Assembly: GCF_004010195.1 (NCBI RefSeq)
Contig: NC_057756.1
Coordinates: 1,172,424 to 1,236,423, forward strand
From: Chiloscyllium plagiosum
Lineage: Eukaryota
Direction: 5' to 3'
DNA: 64,000 bases
Shown here: one piece after another, positions 14,160 to 26,590 of the stretch
Numbering within the stretch: the stretch's first letter is position 1
How the letters are laid out: every line of letters starts with the position of its first letter
Notes under the pieces: model-generated
What the model was told of the DNA's origin: nothing
Databases searched by the model: none
The model's input: only the letters and a program-made list of their open reading frames with translations
Program-made: the position numbers and the translations under genes

Positions 14160-15459
14160 GAAAAATGTGATGCTGGAAAAACACAGGCCAGGCAGCATCC
14201 GAAGACCAGGAGAATCGACGTTTCAAGCTGTTCTTCAGGATTGAGGCTGGTGTGCCAGGCGGGCTGAGAGAAAAGGTGGGGGGGGGGGAATTGGGGGGAG
14301 GGGCACTGGGAATACGATAGGTGGCAGGAGGTGAGGGTGAGGGTGATAGGCCAGAGAAGGGGTGGGGGCGGAATGGTCGGAAGAAGATTGCAGGTCAAGA
14401 GAGCGGTGCTGAATCCGGGGGTTGGGACTGAGACAAGGTGGGGGAGNNNNNNNNNNNNNNNNNNNNNNNNNNNNNNNNNNNNNNNNNNNNNNNNNNNNNN
14501 NNNNNNNNNNNNNNNNNNNNNNNNNNNNNNNNNNNNNNNNNNNNNNNNNNNNNNNNNNNNNNNNNNNNNNNNNNNNNNNNNNNNNNNNNNNNNNNNNNNN
14601 NNNNNNNNNNNNNNNNNNNNNNNNNNNNNNNNNNNNNNNNNNNNNNNNNNNNNNNNNNNNNNNNNNNNNNNNNNNNNNNNNNNNNNNNNNNNNNNNNNNN
14701 NNNNNNNNNNNNNNNNNNNNNNNNNNNNNNNNNNNNNNNNNNNNNNNNNNNNNNNNNNNNNNNNNNNNNNNNNNNNNNNNNNNNNNNNNNNNNNNNNNNN
14801 NNNNNNNNNNNNNNNNNNNNNNNNNNNNNNNNNNNNNNNNNNNNNNNNNNNNNNNNNNNNNNNNNNNNNNNNNNNNNNNNNNNNNNNNNNNNNNNNNNNN
14901 NNNNNNNNNNNNNNNNNNNNNNNNNNNNNNNNNNNNNNNNNNNNNNNNNNNNNNNNNNNNNNNNNNNNNNNNNNNNNNNNNNNGTGGTGGGGTCTGTTTG
15001 GAGGTGGCGGAAATGACAGAGGATGATACGATGTATCTGGGGGTTGGTGGGGTGGAAGGTGAGGACCAGTGGGGTTCTGTCCTGGTGGCGATTGAAGGGG
15101 TGGGATTCAAGGGCTGAGGTGCGGGAAGTGGAGAAGATGCGGTGGAGAGCATCGTCGACCACGTCGGAGGGGAAATTGTGGTCTTTGAAGAAGGAGGCCA
15201 TTTGGGTTGTTCGGCCGTGGAATTGGTCCTCCTGGGAGCAGATGCGGCGGAGTCGAAGGAATTGGGAATGTGGGATGGCGTTTTTACAGGGGGCAGGGTG
15301 GGAGGAGGCGTAATCTAGGTTGCTGTGGGAGTCGGTCGGTTTGTAGTATGCCCGAAACGTCGATTCTTCTGCTCCTCGGATGTTGCCTGGTCTGCTGTGT
15401 TTTTCCAGCATCACATTTTTCAACTCTGGTCTCCAGCATTTGTAGTCCTCACTTTCTCC
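14160..15459 (-). mobile_element. Penelope-like element fragment with inverted termini
   Basis: YYKPTDSHSNLDYASSHP..CKNAIPHSQFLRLRRICS (Penelope RT C-terminal region); 14-bp duplication TTGTTAAGAAGGTT at 14146-14159 and 15460-15473. Confidence 0.92.
14447..14983. other. Assembly gap (537 N)
   Basis: run of N. Confidence 1.
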
Positions 15460-17059
15460 TTGTTAAGAAGGTTTCCAGTGTGTTAGCTTTTATTGGTAGA
15501 GGGATTAAGTTTCAGAACCACGAGTCATGATGCAGCTGTACAAAACTTTGGTGCGACCACACATGGAGTATTGCGTACAGTTTTGGTCACTGCATTATAT
15601 GAAGCATGTGGAGGTATTGGAAAGGGTTCAAAGGAGATTTACCAGGATATTGCCTGGTATGGAGGGAAGGTCGTATGAAGAAAGGCTGAGGGACTTGAGG
15701 CTGTTCTTGTGAGAAAGATGTTTGAGAGGTAACTTAATTGAGACATATAAGATGATCAGAGGGTGGATAGTGACAGCCTTTTTCCTCGGAAAGTGATGGC
15801 TAGTACGAGGGGACGTAGCTTTAAATTGAGAGGTGAGAGATATAGGACAGATGTCGGAGGTAGTTTCTTTGCTCAGCGTATTCGGTGTGTGGAACACACT
15901 GCCTGCAACAGGAGTATACTCCCAAGTTTAAGAGCATTTAAATGTTCATTGGATAAACATATAGATGAAAATGAAATAGCGTTGGATAGATGGGCTTCGG
16001 ATTGGTTCCGCAGGTCAGCGCAACATCAAGGGCCGAAGGGTCTGTACTGTGCTGTAATGTTCTATGTTGTTATATTCTAATATTCTATAATCTGTCTAAA
16101 TCTTTATTCACAATAATGTGTATGGAACTTTGCGAAGTTGGTGATGCAAAACAGTACATCTGCCATTCTCACCTGTGGGAAATGGCAAATTTTAAATAGA
16201 ATTAATAAATTCTCCAGCAATTTGCTCTTTTGCCAGCACATGTCTTAATGATTTGTTTGCATTGATGTCCAGTTCTAAAGGCTCTGAAGCTCTCCTTTCT
16301 ACACATCTGATTCGATTACATTTGCTGCTTTTTCTTCCAAACTAAACAGTCCATTTGTAGCTTTCTTCTGTTTACTCCTTCTCAAATGTAGTCCTCATTC
16401 CCAATTGCCTTTGCAAAACATAGAGCTTGTGTGCTACATTCTTGAGTAATCTGCTACATTCTGTACCAAACCCTCACTACTCTATCCTGATTCACAGTAA
16501 GTGTGGCTGATCTATCGTTGCTCTGCTAGCTGAAAGCACTGTGAAGTGTGTATTTAAATCCCACCATGGAGTTGTGCATTCTTGTTGCTGCAACCTGTCT
16601 CAATTCTATAAGTCTTTGTCATCTTTAATAGTTAACCCTCTGTCACATTCCTTCAGCCCTTGTCCCTGTCTATCTCCTTAACCTCTCCCAGCTGCTAGTT
16701 GTTAAACATGGTTCCAAATCTTCTCCTTGTGTCATCCTTCTCTGTCTCAATCCTCCTTCTGTCCTATAATTGCCATCTTCAAGAATCATCCCCATTTTCA
16801 ATTACCTCCACAAGCTGATTGATTCCACCACAACACAAAAGCCATATCTTGCAGATACTGCTGGAGGGCTGAAACAAAAACAGTGCCAGATAAACTGTGC
16901 TGGCCTGGCAGCTTGTTAACTGAGGATGTCAACTTTGTTTCAAACTCCACACACCCATTGAGTTTCTCATTTACTGCAATCTCTCTAACCCCTTTGTTAA
17001 CTTCAGATCCCATCCCTGTTTCCTGTGTGACCTTGTTCCTGCCTGTTCCTGTAAATTCT

Positions 17060-17555
17060 GGTTCAGTTCTAGTCACCTCATTATAGGAAGGATGTAGAAG
17101 CTTTGAAGAGGGTGCAGAGGAGATTTACCAGGATGCTGTCTGGACTGGAGGGCAGGGTCTTATGAAGAAAGGTTGAGAAAGCTAGGGGTTTTCTCATTGG
17201 AGTGAAGAAGGATAAGAGGTGACCTGATAGAGATGTACAGGATGATGAGAGGCATGGATAGCCAGAGACGTTTTCCCAGGATGGAAATGGCTATCATGAG
17301 GAGGCATAATTTTAAGGTAATCGGAGGAAGGTTTAGCAGAAATGTCAGAGGTAGGTTCTTTACATAGAGAGTGGTGGGTGCGTGGAATGCGCTGCCAGCG
17401 GTCAGATACATTAGGGACATTTAAGTGACTCTTGGATAGGCACATGGATGACAGCAAAATTAGGGTATGTAGGTTAGTTTGATCTTAGAGTAGGATAAAA
17501 GATTGGGAAAACATCGAGGGCCAAAAGACTTGTACTGTGCTCTACTGTTCTAAGT
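17060..17555 (+). mobile_element. CR1 3' fragment
   Basis: encodes QFWSPH..KDVEAL.RVQRRFTRML-like sequence and CR1 tail. Confidence 0.85.
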
Positions 17556-17909
17556 TCCAAATTCAAGCTCTACAGCCATTTGAGGTCTTTGCAGCTCTCC
17601 ATCAGCTCTGGCCCCTGGTTGATAATTGATTTCCCTCATCTTGGTGTTGGTGGCAACCCTTTCTCTGCCTGGATATGTAAAGTGCTCCAACTCTCTTTCC
17701 TCCTTGAATATATTCCTTAGTGCTTCCTTTTGGATCGTATTTTCCATCCCCTGTCTCTAATTGTCACTTTCTGTCTCTCCATGTCAATTGTTCCTCAATA
17801 TGATTCCTGTGAAATTTTGGGGATATTTACTACACAAAATATGCTTTAGAAATGTGAATTGTTGTTATTATATTGCATTCTACTGACTGAAAACTACTGT
17901 TTCTATCAG

Positions 17910-18035
17910 GTGACCTATCACATCATGCATGATGGAAATGAAGGGATCGTTGGTGCCAAAGCAGCCTTTCGCTTCACTAATGTCTCCTTCTCTGTCTCCA
18001 AGATCCAGCAGAGATTTAATGTTTTCTTCCTAAGG
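17910..18035 (+). CDS. TCTN3: Tectonic-3-like coding exon
   Basis: ttctatcag| acceptor, AGG|gtaggt donor; VTYHIMHDGNEGIVGAKAAFRFTNVSFSVSKIQQRFNVFFLR (VTY.I...G..GI and QQ.F...F motifs); 126 nt, phase 0-0. Confidence 0.9.
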
Positions 18036-18084
18036 GTAGGTATAAGTTCTGGATTCTTCCAAGGTTAAACTGAAAAGCAACAAG

Positions 18085-18800
18085 GATAAATTTAACCTGA
18101 CCAATCACCACTCTATGGGTTGATTTTCTATTATCAGTAAAGTGATAAAAAAGTGTCATCAACAGCTCTATGATGCAGCATTTTCTTATGAAGAAACTGC
18201 TCCATAATATTCAGGTTGAGGTCCACTCAGGCAAGTCAGCTCTTGGGACTCATTACAGCCTTAGTTCAAGCATGTACAGAAGAGCTAAATTCTAGAGGTA
18301 AGGTGAGAATGATCACTTTTGACATCAAGACCACATTTTACTGAGTGGCATAAAGGAGACCGAGTAAACCTAAAGTCAGTGGGAGTCAGCAAGAAAACTC
18401 TTTGCTCACTGAGGTCTCACCTAACATAAAGGAAGATGGTTATGTTTCTTGGACAGTCATCTCAACAGGAGCCCCTCGGGATCATGTCCTCGGCGGAGCC
18501 AACTTAGAATCAAAGAATTGTCAGAGTGTTTCATCAGTGACCTTTCGACAATCAGAAAGTCAATAAGATTGTAAGTGGGGATGTTTGTTGATGATTGCGC
18601 AATGTTCAGCACCACTCAAGGCTCAATTGCTGAAGCAGTATCTGCACAAATACAGCAAAAACCTGGAAAATATCGAGATTTGTGTTGACAAGTTGAAGAA
18701 GGCAGGTCACTACCATCATCTCAAGGGCAACTAGGGGTTGGCAGTAAATGCTAGTCTGGCCAGCAACTTTCACGTTCCATGAATGAAGAAACAAAAACAT
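18085..18800 (+). mobile_element. Old CR1/L2-group LINE RT and 3' tail
   Basis: degenerate RT; tail ...tcaagggcaactaggg...aaatgct...ggccagc...tgaatgaa shared with copies near 33960-34180, 46900-47290, 52480-52740, 59160-59580, 60340-60580. Confidence 0.6.
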
Positions 18801-19166
18801 TGTTACACTACACTGTACAGGAACTTTCTACTGCAGTTTACTGTCTACTTGTCTCCTGTTTTATTGGGGGAGACTGCACAGGGGTCTCCTTTTCCAGAAG
18901 AAATAGTCTGCATGGGTCTCCTTTTATAGTTCAGCGATAGAGAGTTTATATGAGTTTCCTGTTACAGTACAGTGCAGTTTTCTGTTAACAGCCCATACTG
19001 GTCTCCTCTTAATTACGATAATTTTTCTGGGTGGCAGGCTGTTAACTATTTGCTTGTGTAAGTGTAGTGCTAGGTCCAGAACTGTTCATAATAAATGATT
19101 TGGATATGGGGACCAATATGTCTGATCACACCAAACTGGGGACACTTGTAAGGAGGATGCAACAAA

Positions 19167-19510
19167 GGGCAGCACGATGGCTCAGTGGTTAGCACTGCGG
19201 CCTCACAGTACCAGGGGACCCGGGTTCAATTCCAACCTCAGGCGACTGTCAGTGTAGAGTTTGCACATTATCCCCGTGTCTGCATGGGTTTCCTCTGGGT
19301 GCCTCGGTTTCCTCCACAGTCCAAAGATGTGCAGGTTAGGTGAATTGGCCATGCTAAATTGTTTGTTGTGTTCAGGGATGTGTAAGTTGGGGTGCATTAG
19401 TCGGGTTAAATGTAGGTGAATGGGTCTGGATGGGTTACTCTTCGGAGGGTCAGTGTGATCTTGTTGGGCTGAAGGGCCTGTTTCCACACTGTAGAGATTC
19501 TATGATTCTC
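19167..19510 (+). mobile_element. HE1-like SINE
   Basis: A/B boxes, conserved body, CR1-like ttctatga tail. Confidence 0.88.
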
Positions 19511-21519
19511 TGAAAGGACTTGGACCAGCCAATTGAATGCAATAGAATACATCAGATGGAATATGATGTCAGGTAAGTGTGAAGATATTTCAGTTGAAAA
19601 ATACAGAAAGGCGGAGTATTTCTTACATGATGAGAGACTGTAAAGTGCAGATGTCCAAAGGGATTGAGATGGCCTTGACCATCGCTCACTATAAATTGGT
19701 GTGCAGGTGTTGCAAGGGAAGTAATATGTTGGCCTTCATATCAAAGGGATTTGAGTACAGAAGCAAAAATGTATTCCAGCAGCTTTATAGCGCCTTCGGC
19801 TGGAATATTTTCTCTTGTTTGAGATGGTCATTACTTAGCACCTGTGTGGTACAAATGTTACTTTCTATTTAACAGGCTGAGCATAGGTATTTTCCAGGTC
19901 TTGCCAAACCTGCTTCAGTACCTGAGGAGTCGTAAATGGTGCTACATCTACAATTGTTAACTAACGTCCCCACTTCTTTTACCCCATTGGGCTGGGATCC
20001 ACCATACTGTCAATGGGGTTATATGTGGAGCTTGCACATTCAGTGTGTAAGATTATGAGGGGCATGGGCAGGGTGAATAAAAATCAGCTGTTTCCCTTAA
20101 TTGAAAGGTTAGTAACAAGGAGATATAATTTTAAAGTGAAAGGCAGGAGGTTTGAAGGGGATTTGAGGAAAAACATTTTCATCCAGAGGATGGTGGAGTT
20201 CTGGAATGCACTGTTTGGGAGGATAGTTGAGGTGGGAAAGCTCGCAACATTTTACAAGTACTTGGATGAACATTCGATGCGTCATTACATTCAAAGCTGT
20301 GGACTTAGTGTGGGAAAATGGGATTTGATTTCCACAAGGACTGTGTAGTGGTCACCTCTTAATAAACTCTCTGGATGGCAGGCTGTTATGATTGGGATAG
20401 TGTAAGAGTAATGCTAGGTCCAATACTCTGTACCGTAATGGAGGAGTACATCTGCTCCAAGTAGATTACTGCGGACAAGGTCAAAATAGATTCTTAGCTG
20501 TTGTTATTTTCCTCAACACCTGCCACAGAATTAGTCTGGGAACTATGCTATTTAGGAATCAGCCAACTCAGTTATGGTGTTACTGATGCTCTCTTTGTGA
20601 TGGATCATAGAATCATATAGTATTGAAGAGGGACATGGCAGATCAAGTCTGTATCACCCAAAATATACCATGATCTACAGTCATCCGACCTTCCCACACT
20701 AGATCGATAGCTTTGAATATGATTACACATCAAGTGCTCATCCAAGTACTTTTTAAGATATTGTGAGGGATTCCACCTCAACTACTCTTCCAGGTAGAGC
20801 ATTTCACCCTCTGGGTGAAAACAGTTTTCGTCAAATCCTGTCTAAACCACTTACCTTTCACTTTTCAGGTCTCCCCATTCCTAACTATACCACTATGAGG
20901 AGAGGTTGAGTAGATTAAGCGTGCAGCTCTGGTGAGACAGGATTTACCCAGGAACAATGATAGTGCTGTCTGGGACAGTATGGTGTGTTTCTGTGTATGA
21001 CTATGACAGACCAGTCTGTTGGGCAGCTCTCTTAATATTGGCATCAGCTGCCAGATATCAGCAAAGAGCGCTTTGCAGGATCAAAAGGACTGTGTTGCCG
21101 TCTAGGCTTTTTTTTCTGTTTGGACTTAAAAGTGGTTTAATATGACTGATTCACTTGTTAGGTTAAATATGGTTACGAATGTTGAACCACATTTCTTTGG
21201 GTCTGGAGTCACATGTAAGAATGGCAGACTTCTTTGCCTTAAAGACATTGTGAATAAGGTGTTTTTTGTTATTGACAGTGGTTGCTTGGGCACTAGGTTC
21301 CTGGTTCAGTGACATTGCCACTATGCCATTGCCTCTCTAACTGAACGGGAAGAATGTGCAAGGTAATGAGCAGAAGCAGAAAATGGTTGTATGTAGGTAG
21401 AAGTACATTGTATTTTCCACAGTGCAACAGTAGAAGTTGGCATTAGCTTTTGATCACAGTGGACCAGAATTCACGGTTACAGTGAGAGACAATGTGCATG
21501 GGTCCTGTGCTTTATTACA

Positions 21520-23640
21520 GAAGAACTAGGAGTGGGAGTAGCCATCTGGCCCTTTAAGCCCACTCCGCCATTCAACATGATCATAGCTGATCTTTCCATG
21601 GCCTCAGCTCCACTTACCTGCCCTCTCTCCATAACCCTTACTTTTTTGAACAGGAAAGGAATTATCTATCTTAGCTTTAAAAGCATTTAATCAGGAAGCT
21701 TCAACTACTCCACTTGGCAGGGAATTCCACATATTCACAACTCTCTGGGTGAAGAAGTTCCTTCTCAATTCAGTCCTAAATCTGCTCCCCCTAATTTTGA
21801 AGCTATGCCCTCTTATTCTAGGTTCACCTGCCAGTGGAAGCATCCTCTCTACCTCTACCTTACCTATTTCCTTCATTATTTATATGTTTCCATAAGATAC
21901 CCCTCATTCTTCTAAATTCCAGCGAGTATAATTCCAGTCTATTCAATCTTTCCTTGTAAGCCAACATTCTCAACTCCTGAATTAACCTAGTGAACTCCTT
22001 CCCCCCACCCCCTGCCATGCCAGTATATCGTTTCTCAAGTAAGGAGGCCAAAACTGCAGGCAGTACTCCAGGTGTGGCGTCACCAGCATCCTATCCAGCT
22101 GCAACATAACCTCCCTGTTTTTAAACTGAATGCCTTTAGCAATGAAGGACAAAATTCCATTTGCCTATTTAATTACCTGTTGTACCTGCAGACCAAACAT
22201 CTGTGATTTTTGCACAAGGGCACCCAGGTCCCTCTGCACAGCAGCATATGATAGTCCTTTTTACTGTTATTCCTACCAAAATGGATGACTTCATATGCCA
22301 GACCGTTGCCACACAAATAACAAAGAACATTACAGCACAGGATCAGGCCATTCAGCCCTCCAAGCCTGTGCCGATCCATATCCTCTATCTAAATCTGCAG
22401 CCTATTTTCTAAGGATCTGTATCCCTTTGCTCCCTGCCTATTCATGTATCTGTCTAGATACATCTTAAATGAAGCTATTGATCCTGCCCCGACTACCTCC
22501 ATTGGCAGTGTATTCCAGGCACCCATCACATATATCTCCTGTAAACGTTTTCCCTCTCACTTTGAACTCGTGAACCATAGGAATTGAGTCCTCCACTCTG
22601 GGAAAAAGTTTTTTGCTATCCACCCTGTCTACAACTCTCATGATTTTGTAGGCCTCAATCAGGTCTCCCCTCAACCTCCTTCTTTCCAATGAAAATAATC
22701 TTTATCTACTCAACCTCTCCTCATAGCTAGCACCTTCCATACCAGGCAACATCCTGGTGAACCTCCTCTGCACCTTCTCCAAAGCATTCACATCCTTTTG
22801 GTAATGTGGTGACCAGAACTGTACGCAGTATTCCAAATGAACCAAGGTCTTATACAACTGTAACATGACCTGCCAACTCTTGTACTCAATTTCCCCGATG
22901 AAGAAAAGCATGCCGTATACCTTCTTGACCACTCCACTGACCTGCATTGCTACCTTCAGGGAACAATGGATCTGACCACCCAGATCTCTCTGTGCATCAA
23001 TTTTCCCCAGGACATTTCTATTTAATGCATAGTTCGCTCTGGAATTGCATCTTCCAAAATGCAGTACTTCGCCTTTGTCCGGATTGAACTGCATCTGCCG
23101 TTTCTCTGCCCAACTCTTCAATTTATCTGTATTCTGCTGTATTGTCTGACAGTCCCCTTCACTATCTGCTACTCCACCAACCTTAGTGTCATCTGCAAAC
23201 TTGCTAATGAGGCAACTGACACCTTCCTCCAAATCATTTCTGTATATCACAAACAACAGTGGTCCCAGCATGGATCCTTGTGGGACCACTGGTCACAGGT
23301 CTCTATTTTGAGAAGCTCCCTTCCACTACTACTCTGTCTCCTGTTGCTCAACCAGTTCTCTATCTATCTAACTAGAACAGCCTGGACCCCATGCGACTTC
23401 ACCATTTTCATCAGCCTACCATGGAGAACCTTACTTAAATGCCTTACTAAAGTCCATGTGTACGACATCCAGATCTCCTCCCTCATCAATCAACTTTGTC
23501 ATCTCTTCAAAGAATTCTATTAGGTTTGTAAGACATTACCTTCCCTGCACAAAACCATGCTGCTGATCACTGATAAGCCCATTTTCCTAACCTTTCGTAT
23601 CTTATCTAAGTAGCTTCCCTACCACTGACGTCAGGCTCCA
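21520..23640 (-). mobile_element. Two nested CR1 RT/3' fragments
   Basis: VPQGSMLGPLLFVIY, FADDTK, LEYCVQFWSPHY (ORF 22702..23289). Confidence 0.92.
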
Positions 23641-24019
23641 GGGTGGTGAATCTGTAAAATTCACGACTCCTTAGTGTTGGGGATACTGAGACATTGAGTA
23701 AATTTAATGAGTAGATAGACAAATTATTAATAAGTTACGAGTTGAAGGGCTATGGAGAGCAAGTAGGGAAGTGGAGTTGAGGCCAAGATTAGGTCAACCA
23801 TGATCATATCAAAAGATGGAGGAAACTTGAGCTGAATTGCCCACTCCTACTCCGAGTTCTTATGTCCTTATGTATATTACAGTGCTGGTTATAGTACAGA
23901 TAACTCTTGTTGCAGTGCAGCATTTGTGGGTTTGATTTAATCCTGAGTGAGATTTGGCAGACTTTGTCAGATGTGATTTATCAAAGGACTGAACTGTCAT
24001 GTTTCTCATTTGTGATTAG

Positions 24020-24111
24020 ATGACGGAAAGTATACCAGCAAAGAGACGGAGTGGGAATCCTGGATACCTGAAAGGAAAACCCATCCTGGCCTTCAATGGT
24101 GAAGAAGCTGC
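24020..24111 (+). CDS. TCTN3: Tectonic-3-like coding exon ending at a U12 donor
   Basis: gattag| acceptor; MTESIPAKRRSGNPGYLKGKPILAFNGEEA(A) contains the tectonic RSGNPGY..GKP.LA motif; followed by ATATCCTTT; not in the ORF track. Confidence 0.92.
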
Positions 24112-24189
24112 ATATCCTTTTCCAATATGTAGACTCAGGATCGAAAAATGCCAGAGCAAAGATTCCTGAAATGGACAATGCGGCACCAT

Positions 24190-24870
24190 TAGGCACTGGA
24201 CATTTGTCTGGGTCAGTGCTCACTGTATCCCCTCAGAACTGGACACAACAGTGGTCAGTCCTTTCTCTATCTTCCCAGAGCTGGACCCTTGGCTGACTCA
24301 ATTCTCACTATATTCCCCCCCAACAGATCTGGCAGTAGGATGGTCAGTCTTCTCTGTTTCCTTCCAGAGTTGGATTGTGTCAATTTTCACTTTATCCCCC
24401 TAGAGATTGGACACTGTACTGGTCAGTTCATAGTGTATCCTGCTGCTCAGTGGACACTGGACTGAGTCAGTTCTCATTATCCTGTGGGGAGAGAGACTGG
24501 GCTGAATCAGTTCTAACAGTATTGCTTGGGGACTGGGTACTAGACTGGATTCGTTCTATCCGTATCCCTGCATGTAGATAGTTTGTTGGTTCACTGTATC
24601 CACTCGAATCTAGACTCTGGGTCTGATTGCACTGCATGCTCCTGGGGAGTAGACACTGGGCTGGTCACTTCTCACTGTATCCTGCTGAGGATGGGTAACT
24701 GGGCTAGGGGAGTTGTCTTTGTATCTGGATAATGGGTCAGATTAGATTTCACTATAATCCCTCGGGACTAGAAACTAGACTGGCTCGGTTCTCACAACAT
24801 TCTTTGAGGAATGGTTCCAGAGCTGTGTCTGTGTTCATTGTACCCTGTAGTCTGAAAGTGGGACAGGGTA
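24190..24870. repeat. Degenerate ~43-bp tandem repeat inside the U12 intron
   Basis: recurring ctggacactgg..ggtcagttctcactgtatccc units. Confidence 0.7.
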
Positions 24871-24924
24871 GAGGCTGCATTTCTGAACTACTGAGTCATG
24901 TCACCACGCTTGCTTCTGCACACA

Positions 24925-25010
24925 GAACTGAAAATGTGTTGCTGGAAAAGCGCAGCAGGTCAGGCAGCATCCAAGGAACAGGAGAATCGACGTTTCGGGC
25001 ATAAGCCCTT
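24925..25010 (-). mobile_element. Penelope terminal fragment
   Basis: tgctggaaaagcgcagcaggtcaggcagcatcc...gacgtttcgggc, same as other copies. Confidence 0.8.
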
Positions 25011-25067
25011 GTCAATGAGGAGTGAGATAACTGAACATTTGTTGAGATCCTTGACTAGTTATTGCAC

Positions 25068-25169
25068 AAGCCTAACAATCCTGAAGAGTAGCAGTGACGG
25101 GTCCTGTTCTCAGTTTTTTCGGTCCGACATATTATTTCAGCACAACATGAGAGCTGACTGTTTGCACAG
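25068..25169 (+). CDS. TCTN3: Tectonic-3-like coding exon after the U12 intron
   Basis: SLTILKSSSDGSCSQFFRSDILFQHNMRADCLH(S); CAG|gtgaga donor; 102 nt, phase 2-2. Confidence 0.88.
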
Positions 25170-25882
25170 GTGAGATTTTAGAAATCAGTTTCCAATCCTC
25201 CTTCCTAAATTAAACCTTGTCTTATTCTTTTTGCACTCTGCAACCCAATATCCCACTTCCTTTTCCATTTCAAAGGCCATCAATGACTCCTTCCTTTTTA
25301 TGTGTCAACAGTGACCAGAAACTGAACTGCAAAAGCCATTATGGTTAGAGTCAGGCTTACAATGGCAGCTCAAAGGTGTTGAATTCTGCAGTGAATACTC
25401 CCTATAGCTTATCCAGCAACTACAAGGCACAAGTGAAGAGTGAGAGGCTTGCCTATTTGCAGCCCCACTAACATTCAAGAAGCTCCACACCATTCAGGAA
25501 GAAGCATCACCGCCTTATGTCAGTGATGCACAATGGCGGCAGTGTGTAATACTATCCACACAATGTACAAGAGCAGCTCATTAAGGCTTCTTTGAATGTA
25601 TCTCCCAAGGTCACAAGCTCCACCGCTTGGAACAACCAGGGAATCACCACTGACATGCAAATTCTGTACATGTCACACAGCAACCTGACTTTGAGCTGGA
25701 TCACTATGACTTGATCAGAATCCTGGATTTCTCTGGCCTAACAGCCCTGTGGTTGTTCCTTCTCATGAACTGCTGTAGTTCACCATGAATTTCTCTAGGG
25801 CTAATCAGGATTGGTAATAATTTCTGGTCCATCCATCGAAACTGATCTGCAACGAACGAATTGAAAATTCTCTTTAACTATG

Positions 25883-26086
25883 TTACAAATCACACAACAC
25901 CAGATTATAATCCAACAGGTTTAATTGGAAGCACTAGCCTTTGGAGCGCTGCTCCTTCATCAGGTGGTTGAAGGAGCGAGGCTCCGAAAGCTAGTGCTTC
26001 CAATTAAACCTGTTGGACTATAACCTGTGTTGTGTGATTTGTAACTTTGTACACTCCAGTCCAACAGCAGCATCTCCAAATCATGG
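25883..26086. mobile_element. Fold-back Penelope-derived mini-insert (second family)
   Basis: long inverted repeat; 13-bp duplication CTCTTTAACTATG at 25870-25882 and 26087-26099; homologous to 63765-64000. Confidence 0.82.
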
Positions 26087-26139
26087 CTCTTTAACTATGG
26101 TGTAGTTAAATCCATACTTAAATTCATCCAACTATTTTT

Positions 26140-26590
26140 TTGATAAGATTCGTAACCAACAGCATTTATGGCAGATATACTCCGCAGTAACCCTTGAACT
26201 CTCTTTAAACTCCCACATCTGAAAAGAAGCACATATCACTCTACTAAAGGCCCTTTTTACTCCTTCACAATCTACAGACCCAGAAAATTCTTATTCGCTA
26301 CACTGCCCCAGGTTAAATTAATAGTTATGGCTTATATTTTAAGTTTAATCAAGAGATATATCTCCAAAAACATTGGCCACACCTAAAACAAATTACACTT
26401 ATCTGATTCTGTGCTGTGAACTTCGCCCAACAGTTCCTCCAAGATCAGTTGTGAATTACATTGTTTGTTAATTTTCACAGACGCACTCCGATGTCCAGCG
26501 ATTCATGAATTCAAACAGCAAAGGCAGTGTCATTTTCTTTCTCTCTCTCTCTCCTGTACTGACCTCACCATGTGCTTCCTTTGTCTGGTC
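26140..26590 (-). mobile_element. CR1 5' UTR/ORF1 start
   Basis: highly similar to about 806-1172. Confidence 0.85.

Larger units (their letters stand above)
12215..16075 (+). mobile_element. 5'-truncated CR1 ORF2 (APE endonuclease + RT) to 3' tail, split by a Penelope insertion
   Basis: GVFYRP, GDFNFPNIDW, NYRPVSLTSVVGK, YMDFSKAFDKVPH, QGSVLGPLLF, FVDDTK, LVRPHMEYCVQFW; multiple stops and frameshifts. Confidence 0.95.
24112..25067 (+). other. U12-type (minor spliceosome) AT-AC intron, 956 nt
   Basis: 5' site ATATCCTTT at 24112; branch site TCCTTGAC at 25048-25055; AC at 25066-25067; splicing gives GC|A AGC CTA and keeps the frame. Confidence 0.9.

Noticed and set aside
14235..15423. Long ORFs of 190-340 aa
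   Set aside because: Artefacts of the 537-N gap inside a Penelope fragment
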